DNA of 64,000 nucleotides from an uncultured Pelagibacteraceae bacterium. GTDB lineage: Bacteria; Pseudomonadota; Alphaproteobacteria; Pelagibacterales; Pelagibacteraceae. The notes beneath the pieces are model-generated. The model did not search any database. It saw only the letters and a program-made list of their open reading frames with translations, and was not told the DNA's origin. The stretch covers positions 18,780-82,779 of the forward strand of contig CACPQC010000001.1 in assembly GCA_902635975.1 (NCBI GenBank), read 5' to 3'. A program made the position numbers and the translations under genes. Below, piece by piece: positions 61,573 to 64,000 of the stretch (the stretch's first letter is position 1; each line of letters begins with the position of its first letter).

Positions 61573-63761
61573 TGCAAGTAAATGAGAAATTAGCGGTAGA
61601 ACATGGACTTAAAGTTGAAGAATACAAACTTATTTGTAAATTACTTAAAAGAACTCCCAATCTTACAGAGCTTGGCATATTTTCAGCCATGTGGAACGAG
61701 CATTGCTCCTATAAATCCTCTAGACTTCATTTAAAGAAATTACCCACTAAAGGAAAAAAAGTTATTCAGGGACCTGGTGAAAACGCTGGGGTAATTGATA
61801 TTGAAGATGGGGATGCAATTGTTTTCAAAATTGAAAGTCATAATCATCCCTCTTTCATTGAGCCTTATCAAGGAGCAGCAACTGGAGTAGGTGGAATAAT
61901 GAGAGATGTATTTACAATGGGAGCAAGACCAATAGCAAACTTAAACTCTATTCATTTTGGATCTACACAACATAAAAAAACTAAAAATTTATTGAGAGGT
62001 GTGGTTCATGGTATTGGAGGGTACGGAAATTGTATGGGTGTTCCTACTATTGGAGGTCAAACTTGTTTTGATAGATCTTATAATGGAAACATTTTAGTTA
62101 ATGCAATGACTTTAGGATTAGTTAAAAAAAATAAAATTTTTTATTCTAAGGCAGCAGGGCTTAATAAGCCTGTCATATATGTTGGTTCTAAAACTGGAAG
62201 AGATGGCATCCACGGTGCTAGTATGGCATCAGCAAGCTTTGATGATAAAATTGAGGAAAAAAAACCTACCGTGCAAGTGGGAGACCCTTTCACAGAAAAA
62301 CTTTTATTAGAGGCTTGCTTAGAACTAATGGCGGGAGACTCTATAATAGCTATTCAAGACATGGGAGCTGCTGGATTGACATCATCTAGTATTGAAATGG
62401 CGTCTAAGGGTAAATTAGGAATTGAAATTAATTTAGATAAAGTTCCGTGCAGAGAAACCAAAATGACACCATATGAAATCATGTTATCTGAAAGCCAGGA
62501 AAGAATGCTAATTGTATTAGAAAATGGAAAAGAAAATTTAGCCAAAAAAATATTTGATAAATGGGGTTTAGATTTTGCAGTTATTGGAAAAACCACAAAT
62601 ACAAAAAATATAGAACTATTTTTTAACTCAGAACAAGTGGCAAAAATACCTATTAATATACTAGTAGAAAATTCCCCAATGTATGATCGTAAATGGAAAA
62701 AAACAAAATTACCAAAAAAAAATAAAATTCAAAAAAAAGACCTTAAAAATTTAAAAATTTTAGACATTTTAAAAAAGATGATATCAAATCCAAATGTATG
62801 TAGCAAAAAATGGATATGGGAACAATATGATCACACTGTAATGGGTGATACAATTCAAAAACCTGGGGGTAATTCTGGTGTTGTTAGGGTTCATGGAACA
62901 AACAAAGCCATAGCCGCAGCTGTAGACTCTTCTGCAGTTTATTGTTGGGCTCATCCACTTACTGGTGGAAAACAAATAGTGTGCGAAAGTTGGAGAAACT
63001 TAATTTCTGTTGGCGCTAAACCTGTGGCAATTACAAATTGTCTTAATTTTGGAAGCCCTGAAAAAGAGGAAAATATGGGTGAGTTTGTTGAATGCGTTGA
63101 AGGTATTGGCGAGGCTTCAAAGTACTTAGCTTTTCCTGTGGTCTCAGGAAATGTTTCTTTTTACAATCAAACTAAGGAAATTGGAATTAAACCAACTCCT
63201 GTAATAGGTGGAGTGGGATTAATAAAAGATTACACTAAAATGATCACGATGAATTTTAAGAGTGAGGGAAACCTGGTTTTGGTCATAGGTAAAACAGAGG
63301 GTCATTTAGATCAAAGTTTATTTGCTAGAACAATTTTAGATGAAAAAAATGGTCCACCTCCTGAGATAAACTTGTTTAATGAAAAAAATAATGGCGAAAC
63401 TATTTTAAAATTAATTGAGGATAACTATATAAAAAGTGCGCATGATGTATCTTTAGGAGGAATTTTAATGGGAGTTTCAAAAATGTGTATTGAGGGAAAT
63501 ATAGGGATTGAGATAAAAAAACCTAATTCGTTATTAAATGAATTTGAATACTTTTTTAGCGAAGACCAAGGAAGATACATTATAGAAATTTCAAAATCTG
63601 ATATAAAAAAGGTAACCAGTATTTTAGAAAAAAACGCAGTTCATTATGATGAAATTGGAACATTAGTTGGAAAATCAGTAAGTTTTAATGAAAAGACAAT
63701 TGTTCCAGTTGACGAATTAAAGTCATACAATAATAATTGGTTAAAAGATTATATGAGATAA
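61572..63761 (+). CDS. purL: FGAM synthase subunit PurL
   Basis: [32 protein letters not shown]. Confidence 0.98.
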   Translation: MQVNEKLAVEHGLKVEEYKLICKLLKRTPNLTELGIFSAMWNEHCSYKSSRLHLKKLPTKGKKVIQGPGENAGVIDIEDGDAIVFKIESHNHPSFIEPYQGAATGVGGIMRDVFTMGARPIANLNSIHFGSTQHKKTKNLLRGVVHGIGGYGNCMGVPTIGGQTCFDRSYNGNILVNAMTLGLVKKNKIFYSKAAGLNKPVIYVGSKTGRDGIHGASMASASFDDKIEEKKPTVQVGDPFTEKLLLEACLELMAGDSIIAIQDMGAAGLTSSSIEMASKGKLGIEINLDKVPCRETKMTPYEIMLSESQERMLIVLENGKENLAKKIFDKWGLDFAVIGKTTNTKNIELFFNSEQVAKIPINILVENSPMYDRKWKKTKLPKKNKIQKKDLKNLKILDILKKMISNPNVCSKKWIWEQYDHTVMGDTIQKPGGNSGVVRVHGTNKAIAAAVDSSAVYCWAHPLTGGKQIVCESWRNLISVGAKPVAITNCLNFGSPEKEENMGEFVECVEGIGEASKYLAFPVVSGNVSFYNQTKEIGIKPTPVIGGVGLIKDYTKMITMNFKSEGNLVLVIGKTEGHLDQSLFARTILDEKNGPPPEINLFNEKNNGETILKLIEDNYIKSAHDVSLGGILMGVSKMCIEGNIGIEIKKPNSLLNEFEYFFSEDQGRYIIEISKSDIKKVTSILEKNAVHYDEIGTLVGKSVSFNEKTIVPVDELKSYNNNWLKDYMR

Positions 63762-63765
63762 TAAA

Positions 63766-63996
63766 ATGGCGATGGATTTAAAAGAAATTGAAAGGTTAAT
63801 AAAGGAAGCATTTTCGGATGCCACTGTTGAAATACAAGATTTAGCTGGTGATGGTAATCATTATTCAGCAACAGTTACTTCGTCAAAATTTTCTGGTAAA
63901 AGTAAGATTGAACAACACAAAATGGTATATAACTCTCTTAAAGGTAAAATGGGAAATGAGTTGCATGCTTTAGCTCTTAAAACAAAGGAACAATAA
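63766..63996 (+). CDS. BolA family protein
   Basis: DLAGDGNHY, QHKMVY, LHALAL. Confidence 0.93.
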   Translation: MAMDLKEIERLIKEAFSDATVEIQDLAGDGNHYSATVTSSKFSGKSKIEQHKMVYNSLKGKMGNELHALALKTKEQ

Positions 63997-64000
63997 TGGA
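63996..64000 (+). CDS. Start of next CDS (possibly monothiol glutaredoxin grxD, by synteny only)
   Basis: TAATG coupling at the window edge; bolA-grxD is a common alphaproteobacterial order. Confidence 0.3.

Overview
This is an AT-rich, very gene-dense alphaproteobacterial window, consistent with Pelagibacteraceae (SAR11). That call is inferred from gene order, tiny spacers and the absence of rpmD. About 1-43 kb is core genome: gatAC, pyrBC', plsY, topA, ugd/galU, panC, mgtE, lipB, the alpha/spc/S10/str ribosomal clusters, rpoBC, tuf, five tRNAs and NAD kinase. About 56-64 kb is also core: cinA-like, sfsA, map, purBCSQL and bolA. An accessory block lies upstream of tRNA-Leu (about 43.4-56.3 kb). 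It holds a beta-propeller autotransporter and an Fe-SOD, each bracketed by copies of a degenerate intergenic repeat, plus small membrane ORFs, a glucosylglycerate cluster and a large secreted protein of unknown function. The best novelty candidate is also in this block: a long-form sedoheptulose-7-phosphate cyclase (DDGS/MysA-like) with altered active-site motifs. It is paired with a DUF6492-like glycosyltransferase-type gene instead of the usual mysB/mysC partners. No CRISPR array, integrase, transposase or rRNA was seen. All family calls come from motif recognition, not database searches.
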